Below the pieces are notes generated by a model. The model searched no databases. It was not told the DNA's origin and worked only from the letters and a program-made list of their open reading frames with translations. Positions 35,017-44,087 of a DNA stretch of 64,000 nucleotides are shown here, piece after piece (positions within the stretch are counted from its first letter, which is position 1; the number at the start of each line of letters is the position of its first letter). This stretch comes from Polyangia bacterium (GTDB lineage Bacteria > Myxococcota_A > Polyangia > Fen-1088): positions 4,638-68,637 of the forward strand of contig DASXOE010000020.1 in NCBI GenBank assembly GCA_036494575.1, given 5' to 3'. The translations under genes were made by a program, and so were the position numbers.

Positions 35017-36906
35017 CTACGCACGCGCGGCGTCCAGATAGCGCCGCGCCCAAAGCTCGAGTGACAAGACGAGCCACAGTAGCTCGCCGTGGTCGGCCTG
35101 GCCATCGAGGTGGTCCTTGAGGTAGCGCTGGGCGGCCGCCGGGCGAATGAGGCCGCGCTCGCGGAAGGCCCGGCTGCCGAGCACGTCGGCCGCCAACCCG
35201 GCGAGCGGCCCCCGGAACCACTTCGCGAGCGGGATGCCGAACCCCTGCTTCGGCTTGTCGAGCACGTCGGCGGGGAGCCAGCGCGCCGCCACCTTGCGCA
35301 GCAGGTACTTGCCGCGATGTCCGCGCACCCTGAGGTCGCGCGGCAGCCGCACGCCGAACTCGACGACGCGATGATCGAGGAAGGGGGCGCGGCCCTCGAG
35401 CGAGCTCGCCATGGCCATGCGATCGACCTTCACGAGGACGTCGTCGGGCAGGTAGCTCGCGAAGTCGATCGCGACGCACTGGTCGAGGGCCTCGAGGCCC
35501 TTCGCGCCGCGCGCGACCGCCGCGAGCCCGCCGTAGTGATCGGCCGCCGAGGACCGCACGGCATCCCCGAGGAGCTCGTCGGCGACGCTGGCGCGCGTGA
35601 GAGCGACGCCGCTCAGGTAACTGTCGGGGAAGGGCTGGCGCAGGCGCTCGGCGATGGCGCGAAGGCGGTAGCCGCGCTCGGCGGGCACGAGGCGGCCGGC
35701 CGCGGCCGCCGTCGCCGCCGCGGCGGGCTTGAGCGCGCCCAGCCGCTGGAGGTCGAGGTAGCGCAGGTACCGATCGTACCCCGCGAACGTCTCGTCGCCG
35801 GCGTCGCCGGTGAGCACCATCTTGACGTGCTCGCGCGCCAGCTTCGCGACGAGGTAGGTCGGGACGGCCGAGGAATCGGCGAAGGGCTCGTCGAGGTACC
35901 AGACGAGGTGCTGCAAGAGCTCGACCGCATCGGGCTCGACGACGAGCTCGCGGTGCTCCGTCCCGAGGTGCTGCGAGACGCGGCGCGCGTCGGACAGCTC
36001 GTTGTATTCCGCCTCGCGGAAGCCGATCGAGAACGTGCGCACGGGCTGGCTGAGGTGGCGCGACATGAGCGCGACGACGACGCTCGAGTCGAGCCCGCCG
36101 CTCAAGAACGCGCCGAAGGGGACGTCCGCGACGAGCCGGCTCGCGACGGCCTGGTCGAGCAGGCGCGCCAGCTCGCGCTCGGCGTCCGCCTCGCTGAGCT
36201 GGTGCTTGGGCTCGAGCTCGAGCTGGTAGTACCGGCGAAGGCTCACCTGGCCGTCGACGAAGCGCAGCGTATGGCCCGGCGGGAGCTTGTGCACGCCCTC
36301 GAAGATGCTCCCGGGCGACGGCACGTATCCGAAGCAAACGTAGGCCCGCACGGCCTCGGGCGCGGGATCGAGGCGAACCCCCGGGACGCGCAGCAACGAC
36401 TTGAGCTCGCTCGCGAAGATCAAACGTCCGCCCTCGGGCGACGAGTCGGATGAGTGTGAATAAAACAGGGGCTTCTCGCCGAACCGATCCCGCGCGAGCA
36501 CGAGCGTGCGCGTGCGCGTGTCCCACAGCGCGATCCCGAACATGCCGTCGAGGCGCGCGAAGCAGTCCTCGCCCCACTCCTCGTACCCGTGGAGGATCAC
36601 CTCGGTGTCGGACTGGGTGTAGAACCGGTGCCCACGGGCCTCGAGCTCGGCGCGCAGCTCGCGGAAGTTGTAGATCTCGCCGTTGAACACGGCCTGGATC
36701 GTGCCGTCCTCGTTGTGCACGGGCTGGCGGCCGCCCGAAAGGTCGATGATCGAGAGCCGGCGCATGCCGATCATGGCCTGGCCATCGCAATAGAGGCCTT
36801 CGTCGTCGGGGCCGCGGTGGGTGATCGCGGCGTTCATGGCGTGGCCGACCGCCTCCTCGGGAGCAGCTCCGCCGGGCGCGGCGACGATGCCGACGATCCC
36901 GCACAT
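35017..36906 (-). CDS. asnB: Asparagine synthase (glutamine-hydrolysing) family amidotransferase
   Basis: 629 aa. The N-terminal nucleophile MCGIVG is intact. PP-loop FLSGGLDSSVV. Confidence 0.9.
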   Translation of the reverse strand: MCGIVGIVAAPGGAAPEEAVGHAMNAAITHRGPDDEGLYCDGQAMIGMRRLSIIDLSGGRQPVHNEDGTIQAVFNGEIYNFRELRAELEARGHRFYTQSDTEVILHGYEEWGEDCFARLDGMFGIALWDTRTRTLVLARDRFGEKPLFYSHSSDSSPEGGRLIFASELKSLLRVPGVRLDPAPEAVRAYVCFGYVPSPGSIFEGVHKLPPGHTLRFVDGQVSLRRYYQLELEPKHQLSEADAERELARLLDQAVASRLVADVPFGAFLSGGLDSSVVVALMSRHLSQPVRTFSIGFREAEYNELSDARRVSQHLGTEHRELVVEPDAVELLQHLVWYLDEPFADSSAVPTYLVAKLAREHVKMVLTGDAGDETFAGYDRYLRYLDLQRLGALKPAAAATAAAAGRLVPAERGYRLRAIAERLRQPFPDSYLSGVALTRASVADELLGDAVRSSAADHYGGLAAVARGAKGLEALDQCVAIDFASYLPDDVLVKVDRMAMASSLEGRAPFLDHRVVEFGVRLPRDLRVRGHRGKYLLRKVAARWLPADVLDKPKQGFGIPLAKWFRGPLAGLAADVLGSRAFRERGLIRPAAAQRYLKDHLDGQADHGELLWLVLSLELWARRYLDAARA

Positions 36907-36909
36907 GGC

Positions 36910-38148
36910 CTAGGCTGCTCTCGCGAAGTCGCGGGGCGCCGTGCCCCCGTAGAGCCGCAGCAAGCGGCCCACGACGGTCTCGAGCGCCGAAGCCTTCTCG
37001 ACGTCCGCGCGCGCTTGCCGCCCCATCTCTTGGAGCTCGACCGCCGACAAGGCCGCCGCCGTGCGCAAGTGGGCCGCGAGCGCCGCGGCGTCGCCCACGG
37101 GGAAGAGCCACCCGTTGCGGCCCGTGACGACGAAGTCCTCACTGCCGCTCACTTGGCTCGCGAGCGCGGGCAGCCCCGAGGCCATGAACTCGAGCAGCGT
37201 GTTCGAGAGCCCCTCGATCGTCGAGGGCAGGACGCCGACGTCCGCCTGGGCGAGGATCTCCTCGACGCGATCCTGGTGGCCGAGGAACTCCATCTCGGCC
37301 GAGATGCCCAGGGCGCGCGCCTGCGCCCGTAGCGCCTCCTCGAGCGGACCGCCGCCCACGAGCCACAGGCGCACGTCGGAGCGGCCGGCGAACGCGCTCG
37401 CCCACGCCTCGAACAACGTCGACAGCCCCTTCTCGGGTACGAGCCGCCCGACGAAGACCGCCGTGAAGGGTGTGCCTGCCGCCCGCGGCGCGCGGCGCGC
37501 GGCGAACCGCGAGGTGTCCACGGCGTTCGGGAGGACGACGATGCGCTCGGCGGGGAAGCCCTGCCGCTCGAGCTCGGCGGCGATGCGGGTGCTGATGGCC
37601 TGGAACGCGGAGCCGCGCCTCAAGAAGCGATGCGCGAGGGCGTCGAGCGGTCCCCGATCGGGCGCCATGACCCCCTTCTCGAGCTCCCACCAGCCGGAGA
37701 TCTTGACGATCACCGGCTTGCCCACGAGCGCGCCGATGAGACACGCCACGGCCCCCATGTGATGGGCGATGTGCACGTGCCACGCATCGTAACGCCGCCC
37801 GCGCCCGAGAAGAAATGCGGCCAGCCGCAGGCACATGAGAGCCCCGCCGAGGAGGGGCCAGCGCGGGTAAGACAGGCGGCCCACGGGGATGCCGGAGCAG
37901 CGCTCCGCCGTGACCTGAGGGCCGAAGGAGAAGAGGGGCGTCATGACGGCCACCTGCTGTCCGCGGCGGATCAGCTCGCGGCAGAGCGTGCGCACCTGAG
38001 ACTCGGCCCCGCCCCCGCCCCGCTTCGTGAAGTCGCTCTCGAGCACCATGAGGACGCGAACGGGCCGCGCGTCGCCCGAAGGCCGTGTCGAAACAGGTAC
38101 CGTCGAAGCAGGCGCCGCCTTGGCCGACGCCCCGCCTTCAGGCGCCAT
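36910..38148 (-). CDS. Family 4 (GT-B) glycosyltransferase
   Basis: Contains VRVLMVLESDFTKRGGGGAESQV and the E-x7-E region PSTIEGLSNTLLEFMASGLPALAS. The true start is possibly the GTG at about 38061 (VRVLMV), not the ATG at 38148. Confidence 0.85.
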   Translation of the reverse strand: MAPEGGASAKAAPASTVPVSTRPSGDARPVRVLMVLESDFTKRGGGGAESQVRTLCRELIRRGQQVAVMTPLFSFGPQVTAERCSGIPVGRLSYPRWPLLGGALMCLRLAAFLLGRGRRYDAWHVHIAHHMGAVACLIGALVGKPVIVKISGWWELEKGVMAPDRGPLDALAHRFLRRGSAFQAISTRIAAELERQGFPAERIVVLPNAVDTSRFAARRAPRAAGTPFTAVFVGRLVPEKGLSTLFEAWASAFAGRSDVRLWLVGGGPLEEALRAQARALGISAEMEFLGHQDRVEEILAQADVGVLPSTIEGLSNTLLEFMASGLPALASQVSGSEDFVVTGRNGWLFPVGDAAALAAHLRTAAALSAVELQEMGRQARADVEKASALETVVGRLLRLYGGTAPRDFARAA

Positions 38149-40018
38149 CCACGTACCTCCGAAGCCACAGCTCGAGCACGAAGAGGCGATAGAGGGAGTC
38201 GGCGTAGTCCCAGGTGCCGCGCTCGTGCTGGGCCAGCAATCCCTCGACGAAGGTCGGCTCCCACCAGCCGCGCGCGCGCGCGCGCGCGTCGAAGAGCGTC
38301 TGCCGCACCATGCTCTTGAAGGCCCCGTCCGTGCGCAGCCAGACGGCCACGGGAAGGCCGAAGCCCTGCTTCTTCTTGCGCAGGATCGCCTCGGGGAGAA
38401 TGCCCTTCATCGCGCGCTTGAACAGGTAGCGCTTCTTCAGCCCACGCACGATCTGACGCTCGGGCAGGTGGCTCGTGTGGTCGACGAGCGCGGGATCGAG
38501 GTAGGGGAAGCGCACGCTCACGCCGACGGACCGCGCCGCTCCGTCGACCTTGCGCAGATCGTTCTGCGCGATCGCCATCATGAGATCGAGGCGCATGATC
38601 CGATGCAGGGGGCCGCCGCTCGCGCCCAGCCCGTAGACGTCCCGCATGAGCTCGAGAGAGGCGTCGCGGCCCACGGCGCGCCGGAAGTCCGGCGTGAGCA
38701 TCTCGTGATAGTGGTCCGACGCGAAGGAGTCGTCGGTGTAAAAGCGGTCGGGGTTGGGCAGCGACGCGCGGTCGAAGAAGTTCTCGACGCGGTTGAGGAG
38801 GTGATGGTCGGCGCGGCCGGCCAAGCCGCCGACCCGGCGCCCCAACGCCTTGAGCGGCTCGGGCATGCCGTACCAGGTCTCCATGACCTGATCCTTGGCA
38901 TAGCGCTCGTTGCCGCCGAAGATCTCGTCGCCGCCGTCGCCCGCGAGCATGAGGTGCGCGGCCTTGGTACCGGCCAGCTCGACGCAAGCGAGCGTCGGGA
39001 TCGCCGAAGCGTTGCCAAACGGTTGGTCGTAGGCCTCGATGACGCGCGCCACGAGCGCCTGGGCGCGCTCGTCCGAGACGGTCTCGAAGGTGGGGTCGGC
39101 GCCGCAGGCCTCGGCCGCCGTGCGCGCGAAGCCGAGCTCGTCGTAGCTCTCCTCGGCGAAGCCGATCGAGAAGCTGCGCACGCGTCCCTTGCCCGGTTGG
39201 CGCGCGAGGATCGACACGATGCTCGAGCTGTCCGTGCCGCCCGAGAGGAAGCACCCCCAGCCCTGCTCGGCGCGGGGACGGTAGTCGTGCACCGTCGCGA
39301 CGATGCGCTCTGTGAGGGCGCGCGCGAGCACGTCGTCGGCGTCGCGCCGGTCTTCGGGGTACTCGGGCACGTAGTAACGATCGAGCTTGGGCGGCGTGCC
39401 GGGCCGCCAGCTCCAGCGCGTGGCGGGCTCGAGACGCCGGATGTCGCGGAAGATGGTGCCGGGCGCCGGGATCTGCGCGAAGTTGAGGTAGTGATAGACG
39501 GAGGGAAGGTCGATCGCGCGCTCGCACCACGGCGAAGCCGCCAGCAGCCGCAGGTCGTTCGCCACCAGCACGACGTCGCCTCGGACGAGCGTGTAGAGCG
39601 ACAGCGTCGAGAAGTGATCGGTGACGGCGCAGATCTGGCGCTCGCCGGGATGCCAGACCACCTGCGCGAAGCGGCCGCGCCAGTCGTTCTGGGGCGGCGC
39701 GCCCGGCCCGAGGGCGCGAGCGCCTCCCGCGACGTCTCCCGCGACGAGATCGGCGAGGGCGATCCAGCGCGCGCCCGCCGCGTCCGCGCCGCGCTGGACG
39801 GCGCCGCGCGCCGCCACCTGCGCCGGCTCGGACGCCTCCGAGAGCGTCGTGAACCCGTCCTTGCCGAGGCCGCTCACCCAGGCGTGAGTCCCCGGGCCCC
39901 ACGCAAAGACGAAATTGCCGAGGACGCTAGGCTGCTGAGAGGGGTCGGGCGAGCTCATCGGCGGTGCGGGCGATTCGCGAGGTGCTGAAAGAGTGCCTTC
40001 GAGGTGCATGTACGTCAA
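38138..40018 (-). CDS. Asparagine-synthase-family protein lacking the N-terminal Cys nucleophile (EPS-associated amidotransferase-like)
   Basis: PP-loop FLSGGTDSSSIV and the AsnB C-terminal domain are present. The N-terminus is MTYMHLEG.. or MHLEG.. (ATG 40009) with no Cys2. Overlaps the GT4 ORF by 11 nt. Confidence 0.8.
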   Translation of the reverse strand: MTYMHLEGTLSAPRESPAPPMSSPDPSQQPSVLGNFVFAWGPGTHAWVSGLGKDGFTTLSEASEPAQVAARGAVQRGADAAGARWIALADLVAGDVAGGARALGPGAPPQNDWRGRFAQVVWHPGERQICAVTDHFSTLSLYTLVRGDVVLVANDLRLLAASPWCERAIDLPSVYHYLNFAQIPAPGTIFRDIRRLEPATRWSWRPGTPPKLDRYYVPEYPEDRRDADDVLARALTERIVATVHDYRPRAEQGWGCFLSGGTDSSSIVSILARQPGKGRVRSFSIGFAEESYDELGFARTAAEACGADPTFETVSDERAQALVARVIEAYDQPFGNASAIPTLACVELAGTKAAHLMLAGDGGDEIFGGNERYAKDQVMETWYGMPEPLKALGRRVGGLAGRADHHLLNRVENFFDRASLPNPDRFYTDDSFASDHYHEMLTPDFRRAVGRDASLELMRDVYGLGASGGPLHRIMRLDLMMAIAQNDLRKVDGAARSVGVSVRFPYLDPALVDHTSHLPERQIVRGLKKRYLFKRAMKGILPEAILRKKKQGFGLPVAVWLRTDGAFKSMVRQTLFDARARARGWWEPTFVEGLLAQHERGTWDYADSLYRLFVLELWLRRYVDGA

Positions 40019-40042
40019 ACCCTTGGGCCCGTGGCACCGCCG

Positions 40043-40819
40043 TCAAGCCCCGAGCAACCGGCGACGCACCGAGCGGTAGGTGTCGTCGCCGAGCGCGCGC
40101 TTCGCGAGATCGAGGGCCGCGTACCGCACCTGCGCCGCGTAGAGCGCGCGACCGCCGCGCAGCCACGACTCGAGCGTCGCGTCGCCGAGCTTCGCGGTCA
40201 CGGCCAGCCTGCCGAGCGTGGGCCCGTCGCCGGGGCGCACGCGGCCGGGCTTGGAGTTGAGCACGTGCGTGTAGCCGACCTCCCGCGCGACGTCGGCCAA
40301 GGCGGCCGGCTCGCGTCCGCCCGCGGGCGCGAGCAGGGTCACGGGCCGGCCCACGTGCTCCTCGATCTCGAGGCGCGCGCGCCGGAGATCCTCGCGCAGG
40401 CGCGCGGGCGCGAGCTCGGTGAGGAAGACGCGGTGATCGAGACCGTGCGATTGGATGGACATGCCACCGTCGGACATCTCGCGCAGCTCCGCCCACGTCG
40501 CAAAGCCGGGCGTGCCCACCTGCGCGGGGTTGACGAAGAAGTCGGCCGTGGCCGCCGCGCCCGCGAGCAAGGGGAATCCCACGCGGTGGTTGCTCTCGTC
40601 TCCGTCGTCGAAGGTCACGATGACGCCGCGGCTCCCGGCCAGCCAGTCGCGCGCGCTCACGACCGCGCCCCCCTCGCGCGCGCAAAGCGCGAGCTGCGCC
40701 GCGAACGCCTCGCGCCCTACCGTGTAATGCGGATCGGCGCCCGCGCCCGCCGCCTCGCCGAGCGCGTGATACATGAGCGCGATCGTGGCGCCGCGAGGCT
40801 GGGTGGCGGACGTCGACAT
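40043..40819 (-). CDS. Polysaccharide deacetylase (NodB-homology) family protein
   Basis: 258 aa from the ATG at 40819. Contains VIVTFDDGDESNHRVGFPLL and MSIQSHGLDH. The 50 upstream residues in the track ORF are Ser/Arg junk. Confidence 0.8.
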   Translation of the reverse strand: MSTSATQPRGATIALMYHALGEAAGAGADPHYTVGREAFAAQLALCAREGGAVVSARDWLAGSRGVIVTFDDGDESNHRVGFPLLAGAAATADFFVNPAQVGTPGFATWAELREMSDGGMSIQSHGLDHRVFLTELAPARLREDLRRARLEIEEHVGRPVTLLAPAGGREPAALADVAREVGYTHVLNSKPGRVRPGDGPTLGRLAVTAKLGDATLESWLRGGRALYAAQVRYAALDLAKRALGDDTYRSVRRRLLGA

Positions 40820-40826
40820 CCGGGCC

Positions 40827-41645
40827 TCAATTGCGCTCGTTGAAGACCACGCCGGCGAACTTCGTGGGCTCGAACAGGTTGGCCGCCTGGGAGATGGCCT
40901 CGGGCGTGTCGCGACCGTAACCCGCGACGAGAATGACGAAGTCGACGAGGCCCGACAGGATGCGCGCATCCGGCGAGCCTTTGATGGGCGGACCGTCGAG
41001 GAAGGGAAAGCACGGGGCCTGGCGCAGCGCCGCCATGACCATCTTCATCGGCTGAGAAGAAAAGTACTCGCGCGGCATCACGGCCGGGCGGCCCGCCGGG
41101 ATGAGGTGCAGCCCCGGGATCGTGGTCGAGCGAATCAGGCGCTGAATGGGCGCGCGCGGCTGCTCGATGTAGTCGAACAAGCCGCCCTCGTCGATGCGCG
41201 TGCCCAGCGCCGCGTCCTGGGTGGGGTGCCGCGGGTTGCAGTCGACGAGGATCGCCACCCGCTGCTCCTGGAGCGTGAACGCGACGGCCAGGTTTCGCGC
41301 CACGAAGCTCGCGCCCGAGCCGGAGCTCACGGGCACGACGAGGGTCGCGAAGTGGGTCAACCCCACGCCCTCGGCCATCGTCAGCAAGCGCGTGCGCAGC
41401 TCGCGAAAGGAGTCGACCTGATCGGGCGTCGCGAGGCCGCGGGGCGCGCGCGGGACCGCGGCCGAGCCCCGGCCGTCCTGGCGCGTGAGGCGACCGGCCG
41501 GGGCGAGCGCGACGACCTGGGCCTGGGGCGAGCTGTCTCTTTCAGGCCGGTCCTCGGCATCCACGTCCTTCGCGGCGGTCTCGGCGCGCGCCGGGTCCAC
41601 CTTCGCGCGGTCGGCCCCGCCACCGTCGCGCCGTCCTCCGCTCAT
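40827..41645 (-). CDS. BY-kinase-like P-loop ATPase with a degenerate Walker A and no Tyr-rich tail
   Basis: 272 aa. VVPVSSGSGASFVARNLAVAFTLQEQRVAILVDCNPRHP aligns to (S/T)xxPGEGKS..NLA..LLIDxDLRxP. Walker B-like FPFLDGPPI. The C-terminus ..GVVFNERN has no Tyr cluster. Its ATG overlaps the PCP stop (ATGA). Confidence 0.7.
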   Translation of the reverse strand: MSGGRRDGGGADRAKVDPARAETAAKDVDAEDRPERDSSPQAQVVALAPAGRLTRQDGRGSAAVPRAPRGLATPDQVDSFRELRTRLLTMAEGVGLTHFATLVVPVSSGSGASFVARNLAVAFTLQEQRVAILVDCNPRHPTQDAALGTRIDEGGLFDYIEQPRAPIQRLIRSTTIPGLHLIPAGRPAVMPREYFSSQPMKMVMAALRQAPCFPFLDGPPIKGSPDARILSGLVDFVILVAGYGRDTPEAISQAANLFEPTKFAGVVFNERN

Positions 41646-43216
41646 GACGACATCATCTTGATGACGAAGGTCGCGCCATAGACGAGGAACACGCCGCAGA
41701 CGAGCAGCACGACCTGGACGTCACGCCGGCGCGTGAGCGACCGGTGGCGGCTTCCCTCGTACGGAATGCTCACGAGCAAGGGCACGTTCGCGAGGCGCTC
41801 GATCTGCTGCGGACTGCGCACGCGCCGATCGAAGCGCACGATCGCGAAGAGCAAGCCGAGCGGGATCGCGAGCGCGAGCAAAAGACCGATGAGCGACAGG
41901 TGCACCAGGCGCAAGCTGCTCGCCGTCGCGGGCACCTCCGCCTCTTCCTGGATCCGCATCGTGAGCCCGCGGTGCTCGGCGTCGAGATCCATCGAGACGC
42001 GCGCGTTCTCGCGGCGCTTGAGGAGATCCTCGTAGACCTCACGCGTCGAGTCGTAGATCCGAAAGAGCGCCGACTGCGTGGTGTCTTGCCCGACGCCCTT
42101 CATCTCGGGATCCTTGTCCGTCTCGTCGACGGCCGCGCGGGCCGCCACGAAGGCCCGCGGGCGCCTGCCCGTCGCGGCGGCGATCTTCTGCTGAACCTGC
42201 TCGAGCCGCGCCCGGGCGGCCTGCGCCACCTCGTCGTCGAGCGCGGCGGCGGCGGCGCGCGCCTTGTCGAGGTCCGCGCGCGCCTGCTCCGAGCGGCGCA
42301 GGTCGTCCTTCGCGCTCGCGAGCTCCCGCCGCGCGCGCCGCACGTCCGGGTGCTCGTCGGTGAACGTGCCAACGAGCTTGTCGAGGTCCGCTTGCGCCTG
42401 GGTGACGCGGGCGCGGGCCTGTTCCTCGTTCCGGTTGTCCTGGGCGATGGCCGCCTGCGACTTGCGCCCGAGCTGGGCCTCCAGCGTGGCGGCCTCGATG
42501 CGCAGCGAGGCCAACTGGTCCGGCGTCAAGCGCCCAGCGGCCGGGACCGCGGCCGGCGTCTCGGCCGCGGCCGCAGCCGCCCCCGCCGCGCCGGCGACGC
42601 GCGCGCCAGGCGCGGGGCGGGTCGATACGCCGCGATAGTAGTCGAGCAACTTCTGATGCGCCTCGGTGAGCTTCTGACCGTACTCCTTGACGCGCTTGTC
42701 GATGAACTCGAACGCCTCTCGGCTCTCGGCCGCCTTGAGGGTGTTGCTCTCGTCGATGAAGGTCTTGCCGATGAGGTTCGTGATGCGCGCGGCCCGCTTG
42801 GGATCCGTGTCGCTGTACGCGATGCGGATGATCTCGTCGCTCTTGTTGTCGATCTTGATGCGAGACCGGAAATGGTTGAGCAGCTGCTCCTGGTCCTGCG
42901 GGCTGATGCGCGTGGGCATGATGCCCGCCTCGACCGCCAGCTTGCGCAGGACCTTGTGGCCGAGGACCACTTGGCCGACGAGCGCCGTCTGCGCCGTGAC
43001 CGGTGACGAGACGGCGCGGCCCTCCATGAGCGGCTTGATGACGTTGTCGACCTCGACGATGATCAACGTGGCGGCGTCCCAGCGCTTGGGCGTCAAGAGC
43101 CCGATCGCCAGGCTGAGCAGGGCGACGACGGTGAATAGGATCGTGAGAGGAAGGAGCCTTCGCTTCCCCTCTTTGATCAGCAGCTCGAAAAAGTCCCGCA
43201 AGCCGTCGTCAGCCAT
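41642..43216 (-). CDS. Polysaccharide co-polymerase / chain-length determinant (Wzz/GumC-like PCP, kinase domain not fused)
   Basis: 524 aa. N-terminal TM plus Wzz motif (LTPKRWDAATLIIVE), a long central coiled coil (Ala/Glu/Arg/Gln-rich) and a C-terminal TM (LIGLLLALAIPLGLLFAIV). Confidence 0.8.
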   Translation of the reverse strand: MADDGLRDFFELLIKEGKRRLLPLTILFTVVALLSLAIGLLTPKRWDAATLIIVEVDNVIKPLMEGRAVSSPVTAQTALVGQVVLGHKVLRKLAVEAGIMPTRISPQDQEQLLNHFRSRIKIDNKSDEIIRIAYSDTDPKRAARITNLIGKTFIDESNTLKAAESREAFEFIDKRVKEYGQKLTEAHQKLLDYYRGVSTRPAPGARVAGAAGAAAAAAETPAAVPAAGRLTPDQLASLRIEAATLEAQLGRKSQAAIAQDNRNEEQARARVTQAQADLDKLVGTFTDEHPDVRRARRELASAKDDLRRSEQARADLDKARAAAAALDDEVAQAARARLEQVQQKIAAATGRRPRAFVAARAAVDETDKDPEMKGVGQDTTQSALFRIYDSTREVYEDLLKRRENARVSMDLDAEHRGLTMRIQEEAEVPATASSLRLVHLSLIGLLLALAIPLGLLFAIVRFDRRVRSPQQIERLANVPLLVSIPYEGSRHRSLTRRRDVQVVLLVCGVFLVYGATFVIKMMSS

Positions 43217-43274
43217 TGGAATCTAGGGAAACCGGACGGTTAGGAGCCTCTGCACGGCGGTCGGAAGATATCAT

Positions 43275-44087
43275 ATGCACGGATCATCGCCACAGCGAGC
43301 CCGGGAGGGGGACAAAGCAATGCGAAGCGGCGAATCGTCCGTGACTGCGCTCGGCAGCGCGGACGTCCATGTGTGGCTCCTGGAGGCGCCCGAGGCCGCC
43401 AGCGACGCGCGCGCCGAGCTCTGCGCCGCGCTGCTCTCGGCCGACGAGCGCGCGCGGATGGGCCGCTTTCATTTCGCCGGTGACCGGCGGCGGTATCTGT
43501 TCGCCCACGCGCTCGTGCGCACGACCCTGTCCCGGTACGCGCCGGGCACGCCGCCCGCGCGCTGGCGATTTCGCACGAACGCCCACGGGCGTCCGGAGCT
43601 GCCGCCGGAAGACGGGGGACCGCCGTTGCGATTCAACCTCTCCCACACCGACGGGCTGGTGGCCTGCGCCGTGGCGCTCGACCGGGACGTGGGCGTCGAC
43701 GTCGAGCACCTCTGGCCAGCGACGTTCGACCTCGGCCTCGCCCGGCATCACTTCGCGCCCGCGGAGGTGGCCGGCCTGGAGGCGCTGCCGCCGGAGGCCC
43801 GGCGGGCCCGCTTCTTTGCGCTGTGGACGTTGAAAGAGGCGTACATCAAGGCCAGGGGGCTGGGGCTCGCGCTGCCGCTCGAGCGGTTCGCCTTCGACCT
43901 CGAGGGCCCCGCCATCTGCGTCCGCTTCGATCCCGAGCTGGGGGATGAGCCCGAGCGCTGGCACTTCGCGCGCCTGCAGCCCACCGCCGTTCACGCGCTG
44001 GCGTTGGCCGCCCGCCGCGTGCCCGGAGAAACCCTGAGGGTGCGCCACTGGCCGCCGCCCTCGGATTTTCCTGGGATCGACTCGTGA
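43275..44087 (+). CDS. Sfp-type 4'-phosphopantetheinyl transferase
   Basis: 270 aa. Contains LSADERARMGRFHFAGDRRRYLFAHALVR, FNLSHTDGLVACAV, GVDVE and FALWTLKEAYIKARG. Confidence 0.85.
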   Translation: MHGSSPQRAREGDKAMRSGESSVTALGSADVHVWLLEAPEAASDARAELCAALLSADERARMGRFHFAGDRRRYLFAHALVRTTLSRYAPGTPPARWRFRTNAHGRPELPPEDGGPPLRFNLSHTDGLVACAVALDRDVGVDVEHLWPATFDLGLARHHFAPAEVAGLEALPPEARRARFFALWTLKEAYIKARGLGLALPLERFAFDLEGPAICVRFDPELGDEPERWHFARLQPTAVHALALAARRVPGETLRVRHWPPPSDFPGIDS

